Made by a program: the position numbers and the translations under genes. A stretch of DNA of 64,000 nucleotides. Origin: a virus. This document shows, one piece after another, positions 40,420-49,824 of this stretch. The notes under the pieces are model-generated. The model was given only the letters and a program-made list of their open reading frames with translations. It was not told where the DNA came from and ran no database searches. Location of the stretch: positions 1 through 64,000 of IMG/VR virus record IMGVR_UViG_3300049847_000435; one strand, written 5' to 3'. Position 1 is the first letter of the stretch. The number at the start of each line of letters is the position of its first letter.

Positions 40420-41421
40420 ATGAATGATATTGTCTATCCAGACAGCGAAAACGCTGCGCAATACGTAAAAAATGTCGAGGGCTGGGTGTCACGAAATGGT
40501 CTATTTTTCGGGAACCTATCAACGTCTGAAAGTGCAGCACGTTACGACGGCTGCACTCATGTAAAATGCAAGAATTGCGGCTCGGCAGTAAAAAAGGGAT
40601 ACATGTCATGCGATGCGTGTATTGATAAGCGAGATATTGAAAAATACGCTTGTATGCCTCGTATTGAATGGGATGGCAAGTCTATGATTTACTCGCCAAT
40701 TACAGAGGATTACTATGCGTCGCCTGATGAAGCTGAGGATTCACTAGAGGACGATCAATCTATCGAAAGTCTGCGATTGGTGGTTTGTGAGCCGAACTTC
40801 GTTTACTTGCATTCTGGCTATTTCGACAGCGTAATGCCAGACGATGACGACATGCCTACCCCCGTATTGGCGGCAATCACCGCCTTTCGGCAAGCAGTAT
40901 CCAAGCACGGGGAAGATAACCCCAGCTTTCGCCCACGCGGCAAGCTGGGCAGGCGCACCATGTTCGAGAGATCGCAAGTGGAAGAGATGAGAACATTTAT
41001 GGAGCAGCGGACCTTCAGCGTGTCAACCGAACACGGACCATCCCTGAGTCTCGCTCAGGTTATGGAGAGGCTAAGCCTGACAAAGTCCGGCGTCTGGCAC
41101 TATCGCCGCCGATACGGAAAGTTGCTAACTGACTTCTACCAACGGGTTGGGCAATCCAGACCCCAGGCACGCTTCCTCGTCAGCCAGATCGAAGAGTTTG
41201 AAAAGTGGATCACCGATGGCAAGCCGGAAGATACTGATCTGCATGTCGCCGACATCATGCAACTAGAAGGAATGGACACCGTTGTTAGATTTAAAAACGG
41301 TGTCACAGTCGCCATTATCAACGAGGACGAATGGCGCGTTATACCAGAGATGTCACCAGATGAAGCAGAGAAATACTTCCGTCGGGCACGACAAGAGTGC
41401 GATGATGGGATGGGGAAGTAA
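40420..41421 (+). CDS. Zn-finger plus HTH protein (probable fusion)
   Basis: CKNCG..CDAC in the N-half; LSLAQVMERLSLTKSGVWHY HTH in the C-half. Confidence 0.55.
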   Translation: MNDIVYPDSENAAQYVKNVEGWVSRNGLFFGNLSTSESAARYDGCTHVKCKNCGSAVKKGYMSCDACIDKRDIEKYACMPRIEWDGKSMIYSPITEDYYASPDEAEDSLEDDQSIESLRLVVCEPNFVYLHSGYFDSVMPDDDDMPTPVLAAITAFRQAVSKHGEDNPSFRPRGKLGRRTMFERSQVEEMRTFMEQRTFSVSTEHGPSLSLAQVMERLSLTKSGVWHYRRRYGKLLTDFYQRVGQSRPQARFLVSQIEEFEKWITDGKPEDTDLHVADIMQLEGMDTVVRFKNGVTVAIINEDEWRVIPEMSPDEAEKYFRRARQECDDGMGK

Positions 41422-41422
41422 A

Positions 41423-41454
41423 GCGCAAATGCGAAAACGTTTTCGCATTTGCGC
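41423..41454. repeat. 24-bp palindrome, copy 2 (extended to 32 bp)
   Basis: GCGCAAATGCGAAAACGTTTTCGCATTTGCGC. Confidence 0.95.
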
Positions 41455-41591
41455 GCTTGAGCGCACAGAATATCTGTGCTAAAATTAGGCAGTACATCCG
41501 CAAAGCCTCTGTGCTAAGCATGCTCAAATTTGCGGATTTTTTGACCGAAAACTGCTGGTATCAGTGGCTGCCGATAGGATAGGTCAATCTT

Positions 41592-41663
41592 AGCGGGGTA
41601 GAGCATCGGAAGCTCGCATGGCTCATAACCATGAGGTAGTTGGTTCAATTCCAACCCCCGCTA
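41592..41663 (+). tRNA. tRNA-Met(CAT), initiator-like body, CCA not encoded
   Basis: AGCGGGG/CCCCGCT acceptor, GAGC/GCTC D stem, CATGG-CTCATAA-CCATG, GTTGG-TTCAATT-CCAAC; upstream TTGAGC-N17-TAAAAT promoter. Confidence 0.92.
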
Positions 41664-41763
41664 CATGTCTTGGGTTGGGTGCGAGGCATACGTCAGTTTT
41701 GACTGGCTACCACCAAAGCGACGGTTGTTGTATCGCCCCAAAAACGCACTTGACAACGACTAC

Positions 41764-42150
41764 TTACTCTGCGCGTTCCGAGAATATCTTCTCGACACTA
41801 TCCCCCGGCTTATCCAGAAAGAATCGCTCAGGAAACAGCGCTACCGTCGATACAAGCCGATCTAGCAGCCCGCCCGCACTGCCGAGTCCATTCACCTTTG
41901 CCATCCTCTTGGACATTTCCCAGCAATCGCCCGAAATGTCATTTGGCAACGCCAGATCAAACGCCTCCGGCATCATCCTGGCGAAATTCACGAGGCTTTC
42001 AAAGGTTTCGCCCATCGTCGGGTTGTTGGGCATTTTTGCCCGAATTGACTCTGCCATCTGCCAGATAACGTCAGTGACATAGATCGATCTCTTTTGCTTG
42101 CCGCCATCAACGCTGGCTATCAATATCGCGTGCAACTTCCTTTTCTTCAT
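41764..42150 (-). CDS. Hypothetical protein (possible RHH)
   Basis: KQKRSIYVTD.IW; GAGGGG RBS. Confidence 0.5.
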   Translation of the reverse strand: MKKRKLHAILIASVDGGKQKRSIYVTDVIWQMAESIRAKMPNNPTMGETFESLVNFARMMPEAFDLALPNDISGDCWEMSKRMAKVNGLGSAGGLLDRLVSTVALFPERFFLDKPGDSVEKIFSERAE

Positions 42151-42274
42151 CTGTAATCCCCCTCACCGAATCATACAGCGTTTATCGCTGCACTAACAGT
42201 AATGATGGTTACAGGACGGGTGCAGGGGAATAAAAGCAAAAAAACGCCAACCTGTTACGGCTGGCGTTCTGCGT

Positions 42275-42529
42275 CTACTTGCGAATATCAAAAATGATTC
42301 GCACATTTGCGGCGGCTGTTCTCTCGCCGTCAATCGAAAGTGGTTGCAAAGGCTCGTGAACACGGTTGGCTATTCTCTCCAATCGCTTGGATGCTACCTC
42401 AACGGCATCCTGTCCAAAAACTTCGTACTGTGCTGCGTCCAGAGCAAAACTTGTACCTTGTTCTGGGAATCGTTCTGCCACCTTTGCGGCATTGCTTAAA
42501 TACTGCGCTGCGTATGTTGCGTTCGTCAT
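42275..42529 (-). CDS. Hypothetical protein
   Basis: AAGGA RBS; terminator-like hairpin follows. Confidence 0.5.
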   Translation of the reverse strand: MTNATYAAQYLSNAAKVAERFPEQGTSFALDAAQYEVFGQDAVEVASKRLERIANRVHEPLQPLSIDGERTAAANVRIIFDIRK

Positions 42530-42605
42530 GATATCTTTCCTTTTCCCGCTTCACCACACTTGCACGGGTCGTGTGGTGTTTGGTTGAGTTAGTCGAACAC
42601 TGCAA

Positions 42606-42806
42606 TTAATTCAAATCTTCTACTGCATGACCGTAGAAATCACCGTCTTCCATGTAGATTGTTACGGTTTTTTCTTTTTCCGTGAACTCTTTCAAATTCA
42701 CGTAAGCCTCCGCCCACTCCTTCGCCTCATCGAGAGTGGCAAATCCGCTCTCGATTGTGCCACCATCACTACCATCAATGGCGTAGTATTTGATTTTATA
42801 TGTCAC
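42606..42806 (-). CDS. Hypothetical protein
   Basis: FATLDEAKEWA motif common in small phage proteins. Confidence 0.5.
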   Translation of the reverse strand: MTYKIKYYAIDGSDGGTIESGFATLDEAKEWAEAYVNLKEFTEKEKTVTIYMEDGDFYGHAVEDLN

Positions 42807-43581
42807 GGTTTCCGTGCTCTCCGAACTCCCAGACCCGGCACGGCGCTACGAGATTCTGCGGCGGGCAATCAAGCCAAAGCCGGAACCTAAAATCACGCCA
42901 CGACGCGTCACCCTGCGTCCAGAGTCGCCACAAACCGAGACGGTTGCTGCCATCAATTTAGACGGCACGCTTCTCACTGCAAAATTGACAGAGAAGCTGG
43001 ACGACTTTCGTCAGGTCGTAAAATTTCAGTGCCACATGGATTTTGACTGGGATGGTCGCCAGTGGTTTCGGCGACTCAGTAAATTCTCTGGCAACCCCAT
43101 TCACCGAGTAACCGAACTTTGCCATCGACTTCTTTCCGAAAATTTTGTCATCGAAGTCGATGCCGATTGGGTAGATGCGATCCATGCCGCTGACTACCTG
43201 CCGGAGCGGACAAAGTGGGTGAAGCGCGTAGTAGACGACGGGCAGTACAACGACTGGTTTTCTGTCGTCTGGGGCAAATATGACGACTACTACGAGGTCG
43301 CCAAGCGCATTCGTGGCAGTCGCTATCACGAGCATCAAATCGTGGTGCCATCCGTGCAGTTTGAAGCCGTCATGGATTTTGCTACCAACTATGATTTTTC
43401 GCTCTCCGATGGAGCCCACGAATTGATCGCCATTGCCAAAGCTAAACGCGACGCTGCGATCCTGACCACGGTCGAAAGGCCAAAGCCTCGCAAGCGCGTA
43501 GTCGCCCAGGATGTGCGCCCGAAGCTCGAATCCATAGCGGAAGGAGGAGTCGCCGATGAATTTGCGGACGACATTACTTAA
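42790..43581 (+). CDS. Phage protein upstream of the SNF2 helicase (start uncertain)
   Basis: Long open frame overlapping the helicase start; no clear RBS or start. Confidence 0.6.
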   Translation: MILYVTVSVLSELPDPARRYEILRRAIKPKPEPKITPRRVTLRPESPQTETVAAINLDGTLLTAKLTEKLDDFRQVVKFQCHMDFDWDGRQWFRRLSKFSGNPIHRVTELCHRLLSENFVIEVDADWVDAIHAADYLPERTKWVKRVVDDGQYNDWFSVVWGKYDDYYEVAKRIRGSRYHEHQIVVPSVQFEAVMDFATNYDFSLSDGAHELIAIAKAKRDAAILTTVERPKPRKRVVAQDVRPKLESIAEGGVADEFADDIT

Positions 43582-44980
43582 ACACCAGGAGCCAGCCATA
43601 GCAAAGCTCATTCGCTCGCGCATCGGCGCGCTCTTTATGGAGCAAGGCACCGGCAAGACGCGTACAGCGATTGAAATGGCACACATCCGGCAGGCAAAGA
43701 TCGACTGCGTGGTCTGGTTTTGCCCGGTCTCCTGCAAAGAGACCATTGCCCACGAGATCATCAAGCACACCGACGCCAGCGAGCCAGACATCCACGTTTT
43801 CAACGACAAGACCCGGCAGGGACATACCCCCAAAGCCTTTTGGTATGTCGTCGGTATTGAATCGGTGTCATCCAGCAACCGCGTCGTGCTGGCCGTCAAC
43901 GACCTCATCACCGAAAATACCTATGTAATCCTGGACGAGTCCACCTACATCAAAAATCATCGCAGTCGCCGCACTAAACGCATTACGCTCATGGCAGAGC
44001 GCTGCCGTTACCGAACGCTGCTTACCGGCACGCCCATCACAGAGGGTGTGGTCGATCTCTTTGCCCAGATGAAGTTTTTGTCGCCCAAAATCCTGGGCTA
44101 CAACAGTTTTTACAGCTTTGCTCGCAACCATCTGGAGTATCACCCAGACAGGAAAGGGTTGATTGTGCGTAGCCACAACACTGCCTACATTGCTAGCAAA
44201 ATCCACCCCTACACCTACCAGGTGACGAAGAGGGAATGCCTCGATCTACCCAGCAAGCTTTACGACGCTCGCTACTTCAGCATGAGCGACCAGCAGCGTT
44301 GGGCATACGAAGAGGCGAAAGAGGAGATACTGTCGGAGTTGTATGATGCGAAGTTTCCTGAGTACGTGATCTTTCGCCTCTTCACGGTGCTGCAGCAGAT
44401 TACCTGCGGATTTTGGAATCGCCGCCAGGAGGACGGCACCTATCGCCTGCACACCTATCCTCACATACGGCTAGACATGCTCGCAGACACCATCGCCAGC
44501 GCGCCGAAAGGTGAAAAATATATCATCTGGACGAAGTACCGATACGACATCGACCAGATCGGCACGCTACTGGGGCAGGAATACGGACCCGGCAGCGCAG
44601 CGTTTTTCTATGGCGACCTGAGCGAGAAAGCTCGCAACGAAGAATTGGTGAAGTTTCGCCAGAAAGACGGGGCGCGTTTCCTCGTCGCCACCACCCAGTG
44701 TGGCGGGCATGGCTTGACGCTCAACGAGGCGCATCGCGTCATCTTCTACAGCAACGAATTTAAATACGCCAACCGCGTGCAGGCAGAGGATCGCAATCAC
44801 CGCATCGGGCAGGGCGAGTCCGTGCTCTATACTGACCTCATCTGCCGCAAGAGCATCGACGAGCGCATCGAGCAAGCCATCGCCAAAAAAGAAAGCGCCG
44901 TTCACGCCTTCAAACGTGAAGTTGACCGGGTGAAGGACAAAAGCAAAAAAGAAGTGGCGGAATTAATCAAATCTCTTTGA
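43556..44980 (+). CDS. SNF2-family helicase
   Basis: MEQGTGKT, ILDES, LTGTP, GGHGLTL, QAEDRNHRIGQ. Confidence 0.92.
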   Translation: MNLRTTLLKHQEPAIAKLIRSRIGALFMEQGTGKTRTAIEMAHIRQAKIDCVVWFCPVSCKETIAHEIIKHTDASEPDIHVFNDKTRQGHTPKAFWYVVGIESVSSSNRVVLAVNDLITENTYVILDESTYIKNHRSRRTKRITLMAERCRYRTLLTGTPITEGVVDLFAQMKFLSPKILGYNSFYSFARNHLEYHPDRKGLIVRSHNTAYIASKIHPYTYQVTKRECLDLPSKLYDARYFSMSDQQRWAYEEAKEEILSELYDAKFPEYVIFRLFTVLQQITCGFWNRRQEDGTYRLHTYPHIRLDMLADTIASAPKGEKYIIWTKYRYDIDQIGTLLGQEYGPGSAAFFYGDLSEKARNEELVKFRQKDGARFLVATTQCGGHGLTLNEAHRVIFYSNEFKYANRVQAEDRNHRIGQGESVLYTDLICRKSIDERIEQAIAKKESAVHAFKREVDRVKDKSKKEVAELIKSL

Positions 44981-44989
44981 AATTGGCAC

Positions 44990-45018
44990 TTGACATCTGA
45001 ACTGAATGAGTGTATTAT
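44990..45018 (+). promoter_or_regulatory. Strong sigma70-type promoter
   Basis: TTGACA-N17-TATTAT. Confidence 0.7.
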
Positions 45019-45055
45019 TATATCATAATATATTAATTCACTCGTTGAGTACCCA

Positions 45056-45430
45056 ATGGAGATCATCATGAAGGAAGAAAAAGAATTCCCGCACTGCCCA
45101 TTGTGCGACAGTGAAATGTCTCCGTCCGTTATGGATGGTTCCTGGTTCTGTTATGGTCCGTCCATGAGTGGACGGTGCCCAAAACTCCCGGAGTTGGAGG
45201 TTGCGTTCAAGAAAAACGCAACCGAAGAGACGAAACAGAATGGATTTTACATCAACCCATTCCAGTGGCAAGCCGTCGCCACAACAGAAACAGTTATCTT
45301 GACTACTACTCGAAGTGGTAGTCAAACAAACATAAAACTCGAACGGAAGGATAGGGGCGATCTTTCGTCAAAGCATGCAATCGAACAAATTCCTCTTCTT
45401 GTTCTTGAGTATTGGACTGAGCAAAAATGA
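45056..45430 (+). CDS. Hypothetical protein (CxxC)
   Basis: First ORF after the promoter. Confidence 0.45.
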   Translation: MEIIMKEEKEFPHCPLCDSEMSPSVMDGSWFCYGPSMSGRCPKLPELEVAFKKNATEETKQNGFYINPFQWQAVATTETVILTTTRSGSQTNIKLERKDRGDLSSKHAIEQIPLLVLEYWTEQK

Positions 45431-45918
45431 TCATCACATTCGGGAAATACAACGGAACGGACACGGGCGCGTTAGCGAAATTCTCCGAAGGTCGAGAGTA
45501 TCTTGTCTGGGGAAGCGAAAAGCTGAAATCCGAGAAGTGGCGGAGGGAATTCGAGCAAGCATTATCATCCGTCTCTCTTTCCTCAGTTTCGCTGGAAGAG
45601 CAAGCGAAGCTGACCGTCCAGTTCGATAAGGACGGAGATGCCGACTACGATGACATTCTCCGTTTCCTTCGCGACGAAAAGGCGGACAACGAAGAATTCG
45701 CCGAGAAGGAAAAAGCCACCGAAGAGAAAAGGCTGGAAATCTTTAAAGAATGGGAAAAAGAATCGGGGAAACCAATCAGTCAACTCCGCTCTCTTTTCAA
45801 GAGATTCGAGTGGCACGGGCGGGAGGATTTGGAGAGCATCCCGTTGTCCAACTTTTCGTCAGCGCAGGCAAAAGAACAACTTATCAACTATATCTGCCGA
45901 CTACAGCAGGAGTTATGA
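45427..45918 (+). CDS. Hypothetical protein with an N-terminal FGKY motif
   Basis: MIITFGKYNG...YLVW. Confidence 0.55.
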   Translation: MIITFGKYNGTDTGALAKFSEGREYLVWGSEKLKSEKWRREFEQALSSVSLSSVSLEEQAKLTVQFDKDGDADYDDILRFLRDEKADNEEFAEKEKATEEKRLEIFKEWEKESGKPISQLRSLFKRFEWHGREDLESIPLSNFSSAQAKEQLINYICRLQQEL

Positions 45919-46787
45919 TTTACATCGGCTATCAAGACGAAGATAAAAAGAATATCATTGCCGACTATCGAGCGGAGCACGAGATCACCAAGCTAGTCGT
46001 GCTATACCCGGCAGACTTTCCGTTACCAATCGCCGACGCCGACGCTATTGAGTACGCAGAAATCATCATGTATCGCACATTCTATCGGCTACTCCAGGAG
46101 ATCGGACCAGCCACACTGATCGTGATCAATGAGTGCCTGCGCACTCAGAACCGTTACGATCTGACTTACAACTGCATCCGCAATTTTTTAAATCAGACCA
46201 AGCATCAGATTGTTTTCCAGCACCTTCCCCAGATCGACACAGCCGAAGATTTTATGATTCTGTTCGATTTCGACACTGGCAGCCAGTGGAAGCGGGAGCA
46301 ATTCAACGCTGAATTGGTACGCTCAAATGCAATAGTGCAAGTCAATCGGCTGCCCGTTCAATTCAACCCAATCGACGTGGCGACTGACGAAAAGACCAAG
46401 CGTCTGTATGATGCCGAGAAGGAAAAATTATTCGCCAATATCGGCACCAGTGACCCGCACACGCTGCCGCGCAACCTTTATCTTGTTGGTGGCAAAGCGA
46501 AAGCGGCGCACGTCGATCCTTTCAAGCATTACGTCGCACGCAACCAGCGGCTAAAACCCGGAAACGTCGCCACCTACGAAAACGCCAACGAGATCGATGC
46601 TCCCTACGCAATTATTGAACTGCCGCACCGCTTTATTGAATTTAGTGATTTTATCAAGCGTACCAACCAGTCCAAATTGGATGTGATGGTTGCCGACTTA
46701 AAAGTTGATGCCTGGTACATGGAACGCTACCAGGCATGGAGGGATAGACTCAATGCGACCTACGCAAGTCTACAGTCGAACCTGTAA
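45915..46787 (+). CDS. Hypothetical protein upstream of ibrA
   Basis: ATG with AGGAG RBS; LIVINECLR resembles a degenerate Walker B. Confidence 0.6.
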   Translation: MIYIGYQDEDKKNIIADYRAEHEITKLVVLYPADFPLPIADADAIEYAEIIMYRTFYRLLQEIGPATLIVINECLRTQNRYDLTYNCIRNFLNQTKHQIVFQHLPQIDTAEDFMILFDFDTGSQWKREQFNAELVRSNAIVQVNRLPVQFNPIDVATDEKTKRLYDAEKEKLFANIGTSDPHTLPRNLYLVGGKAKAAHVDPFKHYVARNQRLKPGNVATYENANEIDAPYAIIELPHRFIEFSDFIKRTNQSKLDVMVADLKVDAWYMERYQAWRDRLNATYASLQSNL

Positions 46788-47889
46788 CGTACTAGATGCA
46801 GCCAAAGAGCGCGTCAACTTCATCTTCGACAACTTTGAGGACATCAAGGTGTCAATCAGCGGCGGCAAAGATAGCACGGTGCTTGCCCATCTCATGCTAA
46901 TGGAGGCAAAGCGCCGCAACCGCAAGATCGGCATTTTCTTCCTTGACGAAGAGGTTGTCTATCAATCCACCATCGACCAAGTGACATGGATGATTGAAGA
47001 TATCGCCCCAGACAATGTCGTTCCGTTGTGGTTACAGATCGAGTTCGACTTAACAAACTCAACCAGCTTCGAGGAAAACCATCTAACCGCATGGGAAGCA
47101 GGCAAACACGATCTATGGATGCGCCCCAAGAAATCCTACGCTATTAAATTTGCGCCGTGGGATCGGGAAAAGCAGATCATCCACGACAAAAACATCGGGC
47201 TAAACTATTATGCCGTGATCGACAATTTCGAGAACTGTTATAGTAATGCCGCCTTTATTGTTGGCTTGCGCGGCACGGAACATCCGAACCGATGGCGTGC
47301 CGTATCGAAAAATCCAGTGGAAATCAATGGCAATGCAGTCTACTGGGGTAGCCCAAAGCGGAATGACTGCTTTTCGCTCTACCCAATCTTTGACTGGAAC
47401 ATCCACGACGTATGGAAGTACATCTACGAACAGAAATTACGCTACTCGAAGATATACGACTATATGTTCAAGAAGGGGATGCCGATCAACGAGATGCGCA
47501 CGTCGTCGCTAATTCACGAGAAGTCATTCAAGTCGATTTGCGAGTTACCTGAATTTGAGCCAAAGACCTACAATCGGCTGGTAAAGCGCATCAAAGGCAT
47601 CCAGTTTGCCCAAGAGACCGGGAAGTCAGCGAAGATGTTTAAGGCGCGCCAGTTGCCGAAAAACTTCAAGTCTTGGCGAACTTACCGAGACTTCCTGATT
47701 GAGACCTATCCCGACCCAGTCAATAAGCATGTGTTCGTCGAACGGTTCGCTCGACACCTCGACAACGAGTGGGTGGCGCGGCAGCAGTGCCGCCAGCTAG
47801 TATTAAACGACATCGGAAACTTCGTGCCGGTGGAGAGTAAACCTGACCCACGCGAAGAGCTAATTGCGTACTACAGGAGCGTTCTATAA
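46753..47889 (+). CDS. PAPS-reductase / PP-loop family protein, IbrA-like
   Basis: VLDAAKER, SISGGKDS, FLDEE, GLR..E...R, YPIFDW...DVW, MRTSSLIHE. Confidence 0.88.
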   Translation: MRPTQVYSRTCNVLDAAKERVNFIFDNFEDIKVSISGGKDSTVLAHLMLMEAKRRNRKIGIFFLDEEVVYQSTIDQVTWMIEDIAPDNVVPLWLQIEFDLTNSTSFEENHLTAWEAGKHDLWMRPKKSYAIKFAPWDREKQIIHDKNIGLNYYAVIDNFENCYSNAAFIVGLRGTEHPNRWRAVSKNPVEINGNAVYWGSPKRNDCFSLYPIFDWNIHDVWKYIYEQKLRYSKIYDYMFKKGMPINEMRTSSLIHEKSFKSICELPEFEPKTYNRLVKRIKGIQFAQETGKSAKMFKARQLPKNFKSWRTYRDFLIETYPDPVNKHVFVERFARHLDNEWVARQQCRQLVLNDIGNFVPVESKPDPREELIAYYRSVL

Positions 47890-48482
47890 TGCTAATCGAA
47901 TCTATAGAGCAGTACATCGCTTTGCGCCACCATCTGGAGCCAGTGGTAGTGCAGGGAAAGAATCACAAGATAGCGATTCCATGCGCCAATACACTAGTTG
48001 TCAAGCGGGCGTTGGTGCTCGCCAATACGTACAACCCAAACAGCGTACCAGACGATAAGATGGAGCTACTAAGCCAGTCCATCATTGATAATGGCTTCGC
48101 CTTCCCGGTCGTTACCATCTACGACCCAGACCAGCAGGCATTTGTTATCATCGATGGATTTCACCGCTTCATGATTGCGGGGTACGACTATCTTGGGCTA
48201 TCCCACATCCCGATTGTCGTACTAGAACATAACGCATCAAAGCGGATGGTAGCCACCATCCAGTTCAATAAGGCGAGAGGGGTACATCAGGTCGATTTAG
48301 ACGCTGATGTTATCCGGGGTCTAATCAACCAGGGCATGAGCGAAGATGACATCTCGATCCATCTTGGATTGGACATTGAGACCATTCACCGCTACAAGCA
48401 ACTCACCGGCATCGCTGATCTCTTCAAGAATGCGCAATATTCAATGAGTTGGTCAATCGTGGAGGTGGAAGATGCAGCCTAA
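47889..48482 (+). CDS. ParB-like protein, IbrB-like
   Basis: ANTYNPNSV...MELL.QSI..NG, IIDGFHR, ATIQFNKARGVH. Confidence 0.88.
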   Translation: MLIESIEQYIALRHHLEPVVVQGKNHKIAIPCANTLVVKRALVLANTYNPNSVPDDKMELLSQSIIDNGFAFPVVTIYDPDQQAFVIIDGFHRFMIAGYDYLGLSHIPIVVLEHNASKRMVATIQFNKARGVHQVDLDADVIRGLINQGMSEDDISIHLGLDIETIHRYKQLTGIADLFKNAQYSMSWSIVEVEDAA

Positions 48483-49125
48483 ATGGCCCTACGGTGACGC
48501 CTGGGAGCAGTTCCCCATCGAGTTGGGTGAAGTGTGGGGCATTTCCGCAAATGAAAGCCGGGTGGCAGTACACGACCTATTCGAGCCGCTACCGGAATTC
48601 ATGAAGTGCGCCGACATGCTCTTTGTCGATCCTCCCTGGAATCAGGGAAACGTCAACACCTTCTACACCAAGGCGGGTCGAACCGACTACATCAACAATT
48701 TTACTGACTTTGAAAAGGCATTCTTTCGACGCGTAAAAGACATCAATCCAGTTACATGCTACATCGAAATTGGTTTTCAGGCAGTAGACAAATGGCAGGC
48801 GCTGCTTTCGGAGACGTACCCAGTTGTGCAAAAGTGGGACGTTGTTTACTACCGGAAGCACCCATGTCACATTCTGCGCGGCAGCCGCAGCGCTCCGCTT
48901 GATTTTGACTATACCGGCATGGACGAGTCGAAGGTGATCGCCAAGGCAGGAGAAATCGAGCAGTATAGCGTACTGGGTGACATTTGTATGGGGCGCGGGC
49001 TGGTCGGTATGGCGGCATTTTCGGCAGGAAAGCCATTCGTTGGCACCGAACTCAACAAGCGGAGATTGGCTTGCCTATTACAGAAACTCCACAAGAAGGG
49101 TGCCGAGGTAAAAAAGTATGAGTGA
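48472..49125 (+). CDS. Amino-methyltransferase-like protein
   Basis: FVDPPW; DICMGRG..G SAM-binding motif; GTELN. Confidence 0.75.
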   Translation: MQPKWPYGDAWEQFPIELGEVWGISANESRVAVHDLFEPLPEFMKCADMLFVDPPWNQGNVNTFYTKAGRTDYINNFTDFEKAFFRRVKDINPVTCYIEIGFQAVDKWQALLSETYPVVQKWDVVYYRKHPCHILRGSRSAPLDFDYTGMDESKVIAKAGEIEQYSVLGDICMGRGLVGMAAFSAGKPFVGTELNKRRLACLLQKLHKKGAEVKKYE

Positions 49126-49359
49126 GAAATTAACCCCGGCGCAAGCCGCCGCAGCTTGCGCTACTATCAACGAATTCATCGCCGGGGAGGTGGACGTAAA
49201 AGCCGTGCCCGGCGATGACGGTTCCATTGCTTGGGTGCGTGTCTATCCGCAGGGAGAGTATCCATTCGCTCGCAATGAGGCGCTACAGCGTCTAGTGCAA
49301 GCCCAATACAATCCGCAAAAACTCTTGGAATTCGCCATCACCAAAGCAAAGGAAAGTAA

Positions 49360-49824
49360 ATGAATAGCTACATCTCGACGCGCAAGGCGCGTCAAATCGT
49401 CGAGGAATTCGGCATCACTGGAAATATCCCCGACGTACTGTCGAAGGCCGCCACGCGCAAAGATGTCGTTGCCCGGTATGACCCCGAAGAGCGCGATAAG
49501 TGGCAATTCAATCGAAACAGCCTTGTTCTATGGCTACTGGATGACGCTGCCCACAAGCGCGGCGTACGCGCCAAAAGCGAGAAGTCGACCATCTATGAGG
49601 TGCTACAACAAGACATTGCCGATGGCAACCCATCCATTGGCGAGATCGGCTTTACGATGGATGGCGACCAGCGCGCCGGCTTTGTACGGTTTATTGGGGT
49701 TGATGAGCCACCGGAGGGCACAATCGTCCCGTTGGCTAACCTTGGCATCAACCCAGAAATCGGCTATTTCGACAAGCGAGAATTTACGGACGTGAAGTCA
49801 ATTTGCGAGGATGGTCATGAATAA
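49360..49824 (+). CDS. Hypothetical protein (possible wHTH)
   Basis: YISTRKA...KWQFNR.SL..WL. Confidence 0.45.
   Translation: MNSYISTRKARQIVEEFGITGNIPDVLSKAATRKDVVARYDPEERDKWQFNRNSLVLWLLDDAAHKRGVRAKSEKSTIYEVLQQDIADGNPSIGEIGFTMDGDQRAGFVRFIGVDEPPEGTIVPLANLGINPEIGYFDKREFTDVKSICEDGHE

Noticed and set aside
41664-41745. tRNA-associated theta ribozyme after tRNA-Met
   Set aside because: I could not build HDV-like P1/P2/P3 pairings from this sequence
42958-43911. 317-aa minus-strand ORF
   Set aside because: Antisense to the helicase and its upstream gene, with no recognisable motifs
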